A stretch of 64,000 nt of DNA, taken from contig CANHZI010000001.1 in NCBI GenBank assembly GCA_947464955.1, positions 12,206-76,205 on the forward strand, written 5' to 3'. Under the pieces are notes generated by a model. That model was not told where the DNA came from. It saw only the letters and a program-made list of their open reading frames with translations, and did not search any database. A program made the position numbers and the translations under genes. This document shows, in pieces, positions 27,098-38,699 of this stretch; position 1 is the stretch's first letter; each line of letters begins with the position of its first letter. The DNA comes from Oxalobacteraceae bacterium (GTDB taxonomy: Bacteria; Pseudomonadota; Gammaproteobacteria; Burkholderiales; Burkholderiaceae_D).

Positions 27098-28099
27098 ATG
27101 CGCAATTCTATCAAAAACGCATTTGCGATTTCCGCACTATTCGCCATACTTTCTTCAAGCTTGGTCTACGCAGACGACGCCAGCGACGCCAGCAAATTGT
27201 ACAAAGCAGGTCAGTTAAACGAAGCTATCAAGAAAATTGATGCGGTTTTAGCGCAAAAACCAAAAGATGCGCAAATGCGTTTTTTAAAGGGCATCATTCT
27301 CACGGAACAGAACAAATCGGCTGAAGCGATTGTCATTTTCACAAAGCTAACAGACGACTATCCAGAGCTACCTGAGCCTTACAACAATCTCGCTGTCCTA
27401 TATGCATCGAATGGTCAATATCAAAAAGCAAGCGCTGCTTTGGAAATGGCAATTCGCACCAACCCAACCTACGGTACAGCCCACGAAAATTTAGGCGATG
27501 TCTATGCCAAACTGGCTAGCCAATCTTATGACAAGGCCTTGCAACTCGACTCTGGCAATTCAACTGCCAAGCTGAAGCTAAATCTTGTAAAAAACCTGAT
27601 CGGCAATACGACCGGCGGAAGCAATCCAAAGTTAAATCCGCCTGCAGCAGCACCGACTCCTATTACTGCAGCACCTGCACCAACAGCACCAACAGTGGCT
27701 GTGAATAATAGTAAAGCGGCTGACCCGAAATCGAGTACAAAAGCCCAACCTACCGTATCTGAAAAAGATGTCATCATGACTTCAGTTGAAGCATGGGCGA
27801 AAGCATGGAGTAACCAAGACGTCAGTAAATACTTATCCTTTTATGCCAAGGACTTTCAAACGCCCAATGGCGAATCTCGCAGCAACTGGGCAGATGATCG
27901 CCGTTCAAGAATTGAAGGCAAAGGCAAAATCAACGTCCGCATTGAAGACCCCAACATTAAAGTTGAGGACAACACCGCTACCGTTAAATTCAAACAATAT
28001 TACACTTCTGATCGTCTGTCTTCGACTAGCCGTAAGGTCTTAGTGATGACAAAGCATGATGGGAAATGGCTGATTAAGCAGGAACGCTCGGGTAGCTAA
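27098..28099 (+). CDS. secreted TPR-repeat protein with a C-terminal NTF2-like module shared with the next gene
   Basis: 333 aa. It has a signal peptide (...SSSLVYA-DD), TPR repeats (AEAIVIFTKLTDDYPELPEPYNNLAVLYA..), a Pro/Ala linker and then the EAWAKAWSNQDVSKYLSFYAKDFQTPNGESR...DGKWLIKQE module. Confidence 0.75.
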   Translation: MRNSIKNAFAISALFAILSSSLVYADDASDASKLYKAGQLNEAIKKIDAVLAQKPKDAQMRFLKGIILTEQNKSAEAIVIFTKLTDDYPELPEPYNNLAVLYASNGQYQKASAALEMAIRTNPTYGTAHENLGDVYAKLASQSYDKALQLDSGNSTAKLKLNLVKNLIGNTTGGSNPKLNPPAAAPTPITAAPAPTAPTVAVNNSKAADPKSSTKAQPTVSEKDVIMTSVEAWAKAWSNQDVSKYLSFYAKDFQTPNGESRSNWADDRRSRIEGKGKINVRIEDPNIKVEDNTATVKFKQYYTSDRLSSTSRKVLVMTKHDGKWLIKQERSGS

Positions 28100-29856
28100 T
28101 GGTTTCATTTTTTCGTAGTGCAAAGCCAGCGCCCTCAGGCGCTGGGCAATACCTGCTTGTTGCCACACTCACTTTTGCTTTGTTTAGCAGCCCAAGCGGC
28201 CCGGTTTTTGCAAATAACAATCCCGCACCAAAGCCCGATTTGGCCACGATTGGTTCAGGGCCCAACCCTGATTTATTGCTCATTGATGTCTACAAGAGCC
28301 TCGCCAATAATCAAATCACAAAAGCGCAAACACAAATTGATAGTCTATTGGCGGCATATCCGAATTTTCAATTGGGTCACTTAATTCGAGGTGACCTGAT
28401 CGCAATGCGGGCAAATCCAGTCACGCAACTGGGCACCGCAAATGCAAACAATGAAAAGTTAAAAGATCTTCGCGCTGAAGCGATTGCCAGAATCCGTGCG
28501 ATTACCGAACGGCCGTCACCAGACTTAGTGCCTCTCAACTTGTTGAATCTGGCCGACGACCAAAAGTTTGCCTTGGTGATGGATGCACAACGAGCTCGTA
28601 TTTACTTATACGAGAACGTCAATGGCATACCGACATTACGTAGCGACTACTACGTTAGCCAGGGCAAATTCGGCGTGGACAAGGCGAAAGAAGGTGATCA
28701 AAGAACACCTATTGGCGTGTACTTTATTACCAATCGACTTCCTGGCGCAAAGCTACCAGACTTTTATGGCCCCGGTGCATTACCGCTCAACTACCCAAAT
28801 GAATGGGATAAGTTGCGCGGACGCGGTGGCTCCGGCATCTGGTTACATGGCGTCCCAGCGACAAACTACAGTCGCCCTCCTCTCGCATCCGACGGTTGCG
28901 TGGTTCTTGCAAATCCTGACTTTCTCAAGGTATCGGCTATGGTCGATATCGCGAAGACCCCTGTCGTCATCAGTGATCGCCTCAATTTTGTAAGCCGCCA
29001 AGTGTGGATGAATGAAAAGCTAAACGCACGCAAAATGCTCGACATGTGGCGTCAAGATTTTGCTTCAGCCAATCCTATCTTTCTAGCGAAACATTATTCT
29101 CGAAATTTCAAAAGCATCAGTGGTGACAACGCTGCGACTTGGATTCAGAAGCAATATGTAGGTTTACAAAGCATGAATGACAGTGCAGTAAAAATTCGAG
29201 AACAGTCTCAGTTTAAGTATCCTGGACGCGAAGATATGATTGTGAATTTCTTCACTCAAGACATCAATACTTCTCGCGGTGTCGCCACCTATAAACGTCG
29301 TCAGTATTGGGCAAAAGAAGGTGCACAATGGTCGATTGTGTACGAGGAAAACAACTTTATTTCTGGCACAAAACCGGAAAATGAAATTGTAAAGCTCGAC
29401 AAACCTAAAGCCGAAACTGGAAGAGAAACAACCACTACACAAACAAACATGGCCGCCATCGCAGCAAACCAAGCTGCAAAGAGCAAGCAAACTGTTGACA
29501 AGAAAAATGGCGCGCAGGCACAGGCTGAAGTGTTAAAGACTGTCGATCGTTGGTTAAATGCTTGGACCAACAAGAATACCAAAGCCTATTTAACACATTA
29601 CGCTAAAGACTTCCAGACACCCAACGGTGAATCTCGTAAATCGTGGATGGAAGAGCGCAAGTCTCGAATCGAAGGTAAGTCAAAAATCTCAGTGAGATAT
29701 GAATCTCCCGTCGTCACGGTCGAAGGCAATAACGCAACGGTCAAATTTCGCCAACACTATCAGTCGGGAGCACTCGTGGCGAGCAGTAGAAAGACTCTTG
29801 TGATGGTAAAACAAGATGGAAAATGGCTGATTAAACAAGAAAAGACCGGCAGCTAG
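28099..29856 (+). CDS. L,D-transpeptidase (YkuD domain) with a C-terminal NTF2-like module
   Basis: 585 aa. The start overlaps the upstream stop (TAATG). The YkuD catalytic block is GSGIWLHGVP...PLASDGCVVLAN. The C-terminal module is VDRWLNAWTNKNTKAYLTHYAKDFQTPNGESR...DGKWLIKQE. Confidence 0.85.
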   Translation: MVSFFRSAKPAPSGAGQYLLVATLTFALFSSPSGPVFANNNPAPKPDLATIGSGPNPDLLLIDVYKSLANNQITKAQTQIDSLLAAYPNFQLGHLIRGDLIAMRANPVTQLGTANANNEKLKDLRAEAIARIRAITERPSPDLVPLNLLNLADDQKFALVMDAQRARIYLYENVNGIPTLRSDYYVSQGKFGVDKAKEGDQRTPIGVYFITNRLPGAKLPDFYGPGALPLNYPNEWDKLRGRGGSGIWLHGVPATNYSRPPLASDGCVVLANPDFLKVSAMVDIAKTPVVISDRLNFVSRQVWMNEKLNARKMLDMWRQDFASANPIFLAKHYSRNFKSISGDNAATWIQKQYVGLQSMNDSAVKIREQSQFKYPGREDMIVNFFTQDINTSRGVATYKRRQYWAKEGAQWSIVYEENNFISGTKPENEIVKLDKPKAETGRETTTTQTNMAAIAANQAAKSKQTVDKKNGAQAQAEVLKTVDRWLNAWTNKNTKAYLTHYAKDFQTPNGESRKSWMEERKSRIEGKSKISVRYESPVVTVEGNNATVKFRQHYQSGALVASSRKTLVMVKQDGKWLIKQEKTGS

Positions 29857-29935
29857 CATGAATTTGTCTTCAAAATAAGTCTGTCAAATAGGCTAGAATA
29901 GGACGATGAATTCAGTACGCTGCTTAGGCACAAAA

Positions 29936-29954
29936 AATTCCCATAGTGGGAATT
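29936..29954. promoter_or_regulatory. perfect 8-3-8 inverted repeat upstream of ppiA
   Basis: AATTCCCA-tag-TGGGAATT, 27 nt before the ppiA ATG. Its function is unknown; it could be an operator or a leader hairpin. Confidence 0.25.
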
Positions 29955-29980
29955 AACGAAGTCAGATTAGGAGAAAAAAG

Positions 29981-30733
29981 ATGCGCGTTTTAATGAAGCA
30001 CACGCAAGCTGCAAGCATATTTGTCTGCGGACTATTTCTTTCGATTTCAGCCGCTTGGGCACAAGTCAATTCGCAAACTACTGAGCAAACTGCGGCATCC
30101 TCAGCCTCACTTCCCGTGGTCACTTCACAAACAGAGGCTAGCCCAAGCAAACCTTTGCCAAAAGTAAAAATCAAAACAACGGTCGGCGATATCGTGCTTG
30201 AGCTCTATCCTGAAAAAGCCCCCAAGACTGTCGAGAATTTTTTACGCTACGTTAAAAAAGGGCACTACAACAAAACGATTTTTCATCGTGTCATCGATAA
30301 TTTCATGATCCAAGGTGGAGGTCTTGACGCGAAGATGAGCGAAAAGCCTACCGATGCTGCTGTCATCAATGAAGCCGGCAAAGCTTTTGAACAAGGACTC
30401 AAGAACGATATTGGCACCATTGCGATGGCGCGTATGCAGGACCCAAACTCGGCAAAGGCCCAGTTCTATATCAACGTCAACAACAACGATTTTCTGAATT
30501 ACCAGCCTATCGGCCCAGGTGATCCGGTGGTCGTAATGAAAAACGGTGACCCCATCACTTTACCTCGCTCACGCGCCTTGGTATTCGCCGCTGGTTACAC
30601 ACCTTTTGGCAAAGTCACCGAAGGTTGGGAGACAGTTGAAAAGATCAAAGGTGTAGCAACCGGTGAAAGCGGCATTTATCAAAATGTTCCGAATAAACCG
30701 ATCACAATTATTAGCGTACAGCTCGTCAAATAA
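29981..30733 (+). CDS. ppiA: periplasmic cyclophilin-type peptidyl-prolyl isomerase
   Basis: 250 aa. It has a signal peptide ending AAWA-Q, and the motifs [14 protein letters not shown] and [19 protein letters not shown]. Confidence 0.9.
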   Translation: MRVLMKHTQAASIFVCGLFLSISAAWAQVNSQTTEQTAASSASLPVVTSQTEASPSKPLPKVKIKTTVGDIVLELYPEKAPKTVENFLRYVKKGHYNKTIFHRVIDNFMIQGGGLDAKMSEKPTDAAVINEAGKAFEQGLKNDIGTIAMARMQDPNSAKAQFYINVNNNDFLNYQPIGPGDPVVVMKNGDPITLPRSRALVFAAGYTPFGKVTEGWETVEKIKGVATGESGIYQNVPNKPITIISVQLVK

Positions 30734-30773
30734 TTCCACTTATAAAATTGAACAAGACAAACAGGAGAGAAAT

Positions 30774-31262
30774 ATGGCCGTTCTACTGACAACCAACCTC
30801 GGCACCATCAAGATCGAATTAAACGCAGAAAAGGCACCAAAGACTGTGGCCAACTTTCTGAGTTATGTCGAAGCTGGCCACTACGCAGGTACGATTTTTC
30901 ACCGCGTGATCCCAGGATTTATGATTCAAGGTGGTGGCTTTGAAGTGGGCATGAAACAAAAGCCCACCAATGCTCCAGTAGAAAATGAAGCCAATAATGG
31001 TTTAAAAAACGTGCGCTATTCTTTGGCGATGGCTCGCACTAGCGACCCGCACTCTGCTTCGGCACAGTTTTTTATCAATACGACGAAAAATGATTTCTTA
31101 GACTATCCAGGTCAGGATGGTTGGGGTTACTGTGTATTTGGTGAAGTGACAGAAGGCAAAGAAGTGGTTGATAAGATTTCTGCGTCCAAAACGACACGTT
31201 CTGGCATGTTCTCCGACGTTCCAGTGGAAAGTGTCATCATCGAAAAAGCAGAAATCGTCTAA
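30774..31262 (+). CDS. ppiB: cytoplasmic cyclophilin-type peptidyl-prolyl isomerase
   Basis: The ATG at 30774 follows an AGGAGA SD; the ORF track starts earlier, at 30663. 162 aa. Motifs: [14 protein letters not shown] and [19 protein letters not shown]. Confidence 0.92.
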   Translation: MAVLLTTNLGTIKIELNAEKAPKTVANFLSYVEAGHYAGTIFHRVIPGFMIQGGGFEVGMKQKPTNAPVENEANNGLKNVRYSLAMARTSDPHSASAQFFINTTKNDFLDYPGQDGWGYCVFGEVTEGKEVVDKISASKTTRSGMFSDVPVESVIIEKAEIV

Positions 31263-31287
31263 GTTATAGTCGATCTGTTCATTAAGA

Positions 31288-32067
31288 ATGCCCCATTCAA
31301 CAGAAAACACAGCTAAACAAAAAGCGCAGGCCAATAAGCTTGCGCTTTTTGTTTCGGACGTCCATCTAAGTCCTGCACTGCCGAAGACTACTGAAGGTTT
31401 CCTTTCCTTTTTACGCGATCAAGCAAGAGAGACTGAACGTTTATATATTCTGGGCGATCTGTTTGAGTATTGGGCGGGCGACGATGACTTAGATGATGCT
31501 TACAATCAAATAGTCGTACAAGCACTCAAACAAGTGAGTGAGGATGGGGTCAAGCTGTTTTGGATAGCAGGAAATCGGGATTTTTTAATAGGATCAAAAT
31601 TCTGCGAGACCATCGGCGCCGCGGCTCTCAATGACCCAAGTTCGCTTGAACTTAATGGCAAGCGTCTCCTCCTCTCGCACGGTGATGCATTGTGTACTGA
31701 CGACACTGGCTATATGCAATTTCGGCAAATGGTGAGAAATCCTATCTGGCAAGAGCAGTTTCTTGAAAAACCATTAAGCGAACGCAAAGCCATCATCGAA
31801 GGCATGCGTAAGATGAGCCACCAAGAGCAGCAAAACAAACGCATGGAAATCATGGATGTGAATCTCAATGCGGTAAATGACTTGGTCAAAGCTTACCCCG
31901 GATGCACATTGATACATGGGCACACTCATCGAAACGCGATCCATGACGAAGAATTTGCACAGCGTTATGTGCTACCGGACTGGGATTTCGATCATAGTGT
32001 GCACACAAGAGGTGGCTACCTGGCACTCGAGCATGATGGTCAACTTCGGTTTGTCAATTTAGCCTAA
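31288..32067 (+). CDS. lpxH: UDP-2,3-diacylglucosamine pyrophosphatase
   Basis: 259 aa. The metallophosphoesterase motifs are FVSDVHL, ILGDLFEYWAGDD, GNRDF and HGHTH. Confidence 0.92.
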   Translation: MPHSTENTAKQKAQANKLALFVSDVHLSPALPKTTEGFLSFLRDQARETERLYILGDLFEYWAGDDDLDDAYNQIVVQALKQVSEDGVKLFWIAGNRDFLIGSKFCETIGAAALNDPSSLELNGKRLLLSHGDALCTDDTGYMQFRQMVRNPIWQEQFLEKPLSERKAIIEGMRKMSHQEQQNKRMEIMDVNLNAVNDLVKAYPGCTLIHGHTHRNAIHDEEFAQRYVLPDWDFDHSVHTRGGYLALEHDGQLRFVNLA

Positions 32068-32137
32068 GATTTGCCGCACGTCTTTTGATTTTATACCGAG
32101 GAAACAAATCGTTTTCTGAGCCACGCCTTAATTTGCG

Positions 32138-32884
32138 TTAGTCGACAAGTTGCGAAATCTCATCTGCACTGATCGATTTATCACTCAACGATTTTTCACA
32201 AACAATTCCAGCAGTGACTATCGCTGCACGCAAGCGCTGTATCTCTTCTTGTTGCGCACAGACATGCTCTGTCAGTTGTTTAAAGGCCTTCGAAATTGGA
32301 TCATCGCCATTCTGACTTAAGCCATAAGCGCTGAACGCGGAGACTTCATTACCGTTTTCTTTCTCGCTCGAGGATTTAACAATGTGTGCAGGATTTCCTA
32401 CCGCTGTTGCACCTGCCGGTACAGGCTTAGTCACGACTGAATTCGAACCAATTTTCGCACCAGCGCCGACCGTAAAACTACCTAAGACTTTGGCTCCAGC
32501 ACCGACGATCACGCCCGATTCTAAGGTGGGGTGGCGCTTAGCACCTTTAGTGAGCGATGTCCCACCTAAAGTGACACCTTGATAAATCGTGCAATCATCA
32601 CCGACGACCGCGGTTTCACCAATCACAACACCAAAGCCATGATCAATGAACACCCTACGCCCGATAATCGCGCCGGGATGAATTTCAATGCCAGTGAAAA
32701 AGCGCGCCACATGCGCAATAAAGCGCGCGAGCCATTTCATTCCATGACGCCAGCACCAGTTTGCCCAACCATGCATAACAATGGCTTGTAGGCCTGGATA
32801 GCACGTAATGACATCCCAAGTATTACGGGCGGCCGGATCACGTTGAATAATGCTGGCGATATCTTCGCGGAGATGCTTAAACAT
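32138..32884 (-). CDS. cysE: serine O-acetyltransferase
   Basis: 248 aa. It has the N-terminal SATase helix region ([19 protein letters not shown]) and hexapeptide repeats ([41 protein letters not shown]). Confidence 0.93.
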   Translation of the reverse strand: MFKHLREDIASIIQRDPAARNTWDVITCYPGLQAIVMHGWANWCWRHGMKWLARFIAHVARFFTGIEIHPGAIIGRRVFIDHGFGVVIGETAVVGDDCTIYQGVTLGGTSLTKGAKRHPTLESGVIVGAGAKVLGSFTVGAGAKIGSNSVVTKPVPAGATAVGNPAHIVKSSSEKENGNEVSAFSAYGLSQNGDDPISKAFKQLTEHVCAQQEEIQRLRAAIVTAGIVCEKSLSDKSISADEISQLVD

Positions 32885-32893
32885 GGTAAATGG

Positions 32894-32909
32894 TTGACGA
32901 CTACGTCAA
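32894..32909. promoter_or_regulatory. perfect 6-4-6 palindrome immediately upstream of the cysE start
   Basis: TTGACG-acta-CGTCAA ends 10 nt from the cysE ATG (32884), so it would sit in the leader/RBS region of the mRNA. Confidence 0.25.
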
Positions 32910-33002
32910 TTAACGCGTGCTGAAAAAACGCTAGTGTAGAACGATTCTTGGATTCATGCAGGTGAACGCCTTTAAACTGGGGCTCACCTGTTTTGCTCGC
33001 AC

Positions 33003-33743
33003 TTATTGGGCGGCAATACGTTGACGGCGTGCTTCATACAAACAGACACCCGATGCCACTGAAACGTTCAAACTTTCAACTGAGCCCAACATAGGGATCT
33101 GCACTAACATATCGCAGGTTTCACGCGTCAAGCGACGCATACCCTCGCCTTCATTCCCCATGACAATCGCAATTCCACCTTTGAAATCGACATCGTAAAT
33201 CGTTTTTTCTACGTCATCAGAAGTACCAATAATCCAGATGTCACGTTCCTTCAAATCGCGTAAGGTGCGTGCCAGATTTGTTACCGTGATGTACGGCACA
33301 GTTTCGGCAGCACCACTGGCCACTTTGGCTGCTGTCGCGTTTAAGCCCACAGCTCTATCTTTCGGAGCAATCACAGCATGCGCGCCAACGCCATCGGCCA
33401 CACGCAAACAAGCACCCAGATTATGTGGATCTGTAATGCCATCCAAAATCAATAACAATGGTGGCCCTTCGATGGCATCAAGTAACTCATCGAGATTGCG
33501 CGCCAAAGACAGTTCACCTGCTTTTGCCACCACGCCTTGATGACGACGTGTACCAACAATATTCGACAGGCGCTGATCGTCTGCTTGAATGATCCGAATA
33601 CCCGCTGATTTCGCAGCGTGGATCAATTCCTGCATACGGCGGTCAGAGCGATCGCTATCAACGTAAATCTCTTCAACGGACGACGCTTCGTGACGAATAC
33701 GGGAGGTGACGGCGTGAAAGCCGAAAATCATTTTGCTTTTCAT
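33003..33743 (-). CDS. rlmB: 23S rRNA (guanosine-2'-O)-methyltransferase RlmB (SpoU/TrmH family)
   Basis: 246 aa. The SpoU motifs are [26 protein letters not shown] and [15 protein letters not shown]. It lies downstream of rnr, as in E. coli. Confidence 0.88.
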   Translation of the reverse strand: MKSKMIFGFHAVTSRIRHEASSVEEIYVDSDRSDRRMQELIHAAKSAGIRIIQADDQRLSNIVGTRRHQGVVAKAGELSLARNLDELLDAIEGPPLLLILDGITDPHNLGACLRVADGVGAHAVIAPKDRAVGLNATAAKVASGAAETVPYITVTNLARTLRDLKERDIWIIGTSDDVEKTIYDVDFKGGIAIVMGNEGEGMRRLTRETCDMLVQIPMLGSVESLNVSVASGVCLYEARRQRIAAQ

Positions 33744-33855
33744 GGGACTTCTCTATTCATGCGAGACTCGATTTCAAGAACCGTCTCGACTTTTTATTAA
33801 AACTAAGTAAGGTGTTTCCACGCTTACTTTCTCATCTACTCACTTGCTTACTCGA

Positions 33856-36369
33856 TTAACGCTTTTTCCTTGCAGGCTTACTAGCTTTTGCTTTGCGTTC
33901 TGCACGTGAAGGACCTGCCGCCGCTTTACGCGCTTTAGTCTTCGATGCTGGCTCCGCAAAAGAACTTGAGGCGCGAGATTTTGTAGACTTGCTTGCATTC
34001 GTCTTCGAAACCTCAACAGCCTTAGGGGGTGCTGGTTTGCGCTTACCACCACGCGGCTCGGCCATCTGTTCGAATTCGCGCACTTTCGGAAAACGATTCG
34101 GCACCGCATTGGCCGCTAGCGCTAAGTCAATCTTGCGCGCATCGATATCGACACGACTCACCTGCACTTTAATTTTGTCCGTCAATTGATAACGTTTGCC
34201 AGTTCGCTCACCGCGCAATTCGTGACGCGCTTCATCAAATTGGAAATAATCAGCGCCGAGATCGGTGATGTGCACCAATCCTTCGACAAACATTTCATCG
34301 AGCTGCACAAACAAACCAAACTGAGTGACTCCAGTGATCGTACCGCTAAACTCTTCACCCAATTTATTCTTCATGAAATAACATTTGAGCCAGGCTTCAA
34401 CGTCGCGAGAGGCTTCATCCGCACGCCGTTCATTCGCAGAACAATGCGTCCCCAGCATGTCCCAAATCGTAATTTCTTTTTGCGGCCGTTCTTTTCCTGC
34501 GGCACGATCGGCTGCCATTTGTTTGCGTGCAGCGTTGGAAATTGCCGTATTCAAAATACTGGTATCAATGCCCTTGGGCTCATATTTCTTGCCCGCTAAA
34601 ATGGCTTTGATCGCACGATGCGTCAACAAATCAGGATAACGTCGAATCGGGCTTGTGAAGTGGGCATAGGCATCATATGACAAACCAAAGTGACCGATAT
34701 TATCAGGGCTATAAACCGCTTGTTGCATAGAACGAAGCAACATCGTTTGCAATAATTGCGAATCAGGGCGAAGCTTAATTTTCTCCATTAACTGTGCATA
34801 ATCAGAGGCTGAAGGTGAATCACCGCCAGTCAAATTCAAGCCAACTTGGCGCAAGAAATTTCTGACCTGAGTCAATTTTTCTTTGGTTGGGCCCGCGTGA
34901 ATGCGATACACACCGAGATGCTCATATTCTTGCAATAAACTCGCGGCACAAACATTGGCCGCCAACATGCATTCTTCGATCAAGCGATGCGCGTCATTTC
35001 GAGTGCGTGGCAAGATTTTCTCAATTTTGCCCGCAGCATTCGCCACGATATAGGTTTCAGTCGTTTCAAAATCAATCGCACCACGGCGGTGGCGAGCCTT
35101 CAGCAACACTTGGAACACTTCGTAAAGGTTCAACAAATCAGGGACCAAATTCGCACGCTTGGCCGCTTCAGGACCTTTGGTATTACCTAGAATCGCAGCC
35201 ACTTCAGTATAGGTAAAGCGTGCTGCCGAATGCATTACCGCAGGATAAAATTGGTAAGCAATGACTTCGCCATCGGAGGAAATGACCATATCGCACACCA
35301 AGGTCAAGCGATCGACATTGGGATTGAGCGAGCATAAACCATTCGATAATTTTTCCGGCAACATCGGTATAACTCGACGCGGAAAATACACTGAAGTACT
35401 CCGAAGCAAAGCATCTTCATCGATTGCGTCATTCGGTTTGACGTAATGACTGACGTCGGCGATCGCTACTAATAAACGGTAGGCTTTTTCACGTCCCACT
35501 TTCACTGGCGTGCAATAGACTGCATCGTCAAAATCTCGAGCGTCTTCACCATCGATTGTCACTAATGGTACATCTCGTAAATCAACCCGATCATCAAGAT
35601 CCGCTGGTCCGACCTCTCCGGGTAACTTCGCTGCAGCTTTCTTCGCAGGTTCAGAAAATTCATGAGGCACACCAAATTTGCGTACCGCGATTTCAATTTC
35701 GATTCCGGGATCATCAATTTCGCCCAGAATCTCGACAATCTTACCGATCGCTTGCGAGTATTTAGTCGGCTGTTCAATCAGTTCGACACTCACAACCTGA
35801 CCTGCTTTCGCCTTGCCTGGCGATCCCGCTAACAAAATATCTTGGTTGATGCGATTATCCTCGGGCGCAATCAACCACACGCCATTCTCGCTCACCAGAC
35901 GACCAATGATGTGGGTATTTCCACGCTCTAGAATTTCGTAGACCGCACCTTCAAGGCGCCCTTTTCTATCGGTACCGACTACGCGTGCACTGACTCTATC
36001 GCCATTCAAGATCCGCGTCATCTCGCGATCAGGCAAAAACAAGTCTGGACTACCATCATCTGGCGTCAAAAATCCATAGCCATCACGATGACTGCTCACC
36101 CGCCCAACAATCAGATTATCTTGTGCGATTAAGGAATAACTGCCGGCTTTATCTTGTTTGATTTGACCATCGCGTTCCATTGCTTTCAGTCTTCTTGCCA
36201 TACCGTCGATCTCCTCAGGTTTAACGCCTAATTTTTTTGCAATCGATGTCGCCTTCAGATGTGTTTTTGAAGAACGCAAGACGCCGAGTATGTCCTCGCG
36301 GCTAGGAATGGGGTAATGATGTTTGTTCAAATTGGTGTCATCTCTGTTGATATAAATTGGCAATGCCAC
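33856..36369 (-). CDS. rnr: ribonuclease R
   Basis: 837 aa. It has an RNB catalytic domain (TIDGEDARDFDDAVY, HFGLSYDAYAHFTSPIRRYPDLLTHR), an S1 domain (GTITGVTQFGLFVQL) and a Lys/Ala-rich basic tail. Confidence 0.96.
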   Translation of the reverse strand: MALPIYINRDDTNLNKHHYPIPSREDILGVLRSSKTHLKATSIAKKLGVKPEEIDGMARRLKAMERDGQIKQDKAGSYSLIAQDNLIVGRVSSHRDGYGFLTPDDGSPDLFLPDREMTRILNGDRVSARVVGTDRKGRLEGAVYEILERGNTHIIGRLVSENGVWLIAPEDNRINQDILLAGSPGKAKAGQVVSVELIEQPTKYSQAIGKIVEILGEIDDPGIEIEIAVRKFGVPHEFSEPAKKAAAKLPGEVGPADLDDRVDLRDVPLVTIDGEDARDFDDAVYCTPVKVGREKAYRLLVAIADVSHYVKPNDAIDEDALLRSTSVYFPRRVIPMLPEKLSNGLCSLNPNVDRLTLVCDMVISSDGEVIAYQFYPAVMHSAARFTYTEVAAILGNTKGPEAAKRANLVPDLLNLYEVFQVLLKARHRRGAIDFETTETYIVANAAGKIEKILPRTRNDAHRLIEECMLAANVCAASLLQEYEHLGVYRIHAGPTKEKLTQVRNFLRQVGLNLTGGDSPSASDYAQLMEKIKLRPDSQLLQTMLLRSMQQAVYSPDNIGHFGLSYDAYAHFTSPIRRYPDLLTHRAIKAILAGKKYEPKGIDTSILNTAISNAARKQMAADRAAGKERPQKEITIWDMLGTHCSANERRADEASRDVEAWLKCYFMKNKLGEEFSGTITGVTQFGLFVQLDEMFVEGLVHITDLGADYFQFDEARHELRGERTGKRYQLTDKIKVQVSRVDIDARKIDLALAANAVPNRFPKVREFEQMAEPRGGKRKPAPPKAVEVSKTNASKSTKSRASSSFAEPASKTKARKAAAGPSRAERKAKASKPARKKR

Positions 36370-36538
36370 ATCGCGAACGCATGGTAGGCGGTACGCTATG
36401 CCAAACTCAAAGCTAAGGCAGTCATAGTTTATCGGTTAAAATCAAAAATACCTAGTCTCAGTTGAGGAAATGCATGGGAATGTTCATCTAATCCTACGTT
36501 GCCGCGATTTAGCCGAGCGCATAGAGACGGGAAATAGA

Positions 36539-36566
36539 TTGACTTTAGTGGGCTTTACTTTATAAT
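36539..36566 (+). promoter_or_regulatory. sigma-70 promoter for tRNA-Leu
   Basis: TTGACT-N16-TATAAT. The -10 box ends 13 nt before the mature tRNA 5' end. Confidence 0.65.
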
Positions 36567-36579
36567 CTTGCCTTCCGTT

Positions 36580-36664
36580 GCCCACGTGGCGGAATTGGTA
36601 GACGCGCATGGTTCAGGTCCATGTGCCTTCGGGTGTGGGGGTTCGAGTCCCTCCGTGGGCACCA
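36580..36664 (+). tRNA. tRNA-Leu (anticodon CAG), encoded CCA end
   Basis: 85 nt. The acceptor stem GCCCACG pairs with CGTGGGC. The anticodon stem-loop is CATGG-TTCAGGT-CCATG. It has a long variable arm and the T-arm GGTTCGAGTCC. Confidence 0.95.
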
Positions 36665-36676
36665 GCAATTCAATAG

Positions 36677-36706
36677 AAAAGCCGTTGAGAAATCAGCGGC
36701 TTTTTT
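36677..36706 (+). terminator. Rho-independent terminator after tRNA-Leu
   Basis: AAAAGCCG...CGGCTTTT, with inner pairing GCCGTTGA-gaaa-TCAGCGGC (one G-U pair), followed by TTTTTTATTT. Confidence 0.8.
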
Positions 36707-36830
36707 ATTTGTCCCTACCCTTTATGAATCTGAATTACTCATCTGTGGTGGTCTAAGGTAAGTCCGCCAACCTCACAGATTTCTGAACGGATCAAGCACC
36801 GCCTAGATGGCGATGCTGGCACCATCCCAA

Positions 36831-37373
36831 CTAGTTCGTTTTTGATTGAGTCGCCTTTAACTCGGCAATCGTCAACGAATCATAGACTTCAAACGGTTGA
36901 TGAATCCATGGAGATCCCTCGACATACTCGACATAGTAATCAGGCATTAGTTGCGAAACGCTCTTCGCCCATAGACTTGCCGACTTCATTTCGGTAATTC
37001 CTACATAGCGCTGGCGTAAGCACTTATCAACTTCGACAAAAGTGAGCCCGGAGTCAGCGAGATCGTCAAGTAACAATACCTTGCCGCTTAACTCACCGCT
37101 GAGACCGGAAATATGACTGCCTATCATCAACTGTTGATGATCTTGCCCAGTCTCGCCGCGATAGGAACTCACGGTCAAAATATTGAGCGACTTCTTAAAT
37201 AAACGCGAAAACACATCACCGATTCGCAAGCCACCGCGAGCCAAACAAACCATGTGATCAAACTGCCATCCAGAATCATGCACTTGAATGGCCAGACGTT
37301 CGATCAATGTGTGATACTCATCCCACGAAACCCACAAATCACTCGGTGTATTTTTTTGCATCAACTCACTCAC
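36831..37373 (-). CDS. phosphoribosyltransferase family protein (purine PRT-like)
   Basis: 180 aa. The PRPP-binding motif is KVLLLDDLADSGLT. It lies downstream of purA. Confidence 0.7.
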   Translation of the reverse strand: MSELMQKNTPSDLWVSWDEYHTLIERLAIQVHDSGWQFDHMVCLARGGLRIGDVFSRLFKKSLNILTVSSYRGETGQDHQQLMIGSHISGLSGELSGKVLLLDDLADSGLTFVEVDKCLRQRYVGITEMKSASLWAKSVSQLMPDYYVEYVEGSPWIHQPFEVYDSLTIAELKATQSKTN

Positions 37374-37379
37374 AATGAA

Positions 37380-38696
<1,317 letters not shown>

Positions 38697-38699
38697 TCA

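Noticed and set aside
33744-33855. Hairpins with T-runs on the plus strand only. One lies in the rnr-rlmB gap (CGAGAC...GTCTCG then ACTTTTT). The other lies in the rlmB-cysE gap (CAGGTGA...TCACCTG then TTTT, about 32961-32996).
   Set aside because: - All flanking genes are on the minus strand, where these hairpins lack U-tracts.
- The stems are short (6-7 bp) with large loops (15-18 nt).
- I found no plus-strand promoter, so there is not enough to propose antisense or sRNA genes.
36568-36756. A 62-aa ORF overlapping tRNA-Leu, and the question of whether the tRNA marks a genomic-island integration site.
   Set aside because: - The ORF is simply the translation of the tRNA and its terminator.
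- No integrase, direct repeat of the tRNA 3' end, or foreign-looking genes follow. The next genes are the conserved PRT-purA-hisZ-hflCKX-hfq block.
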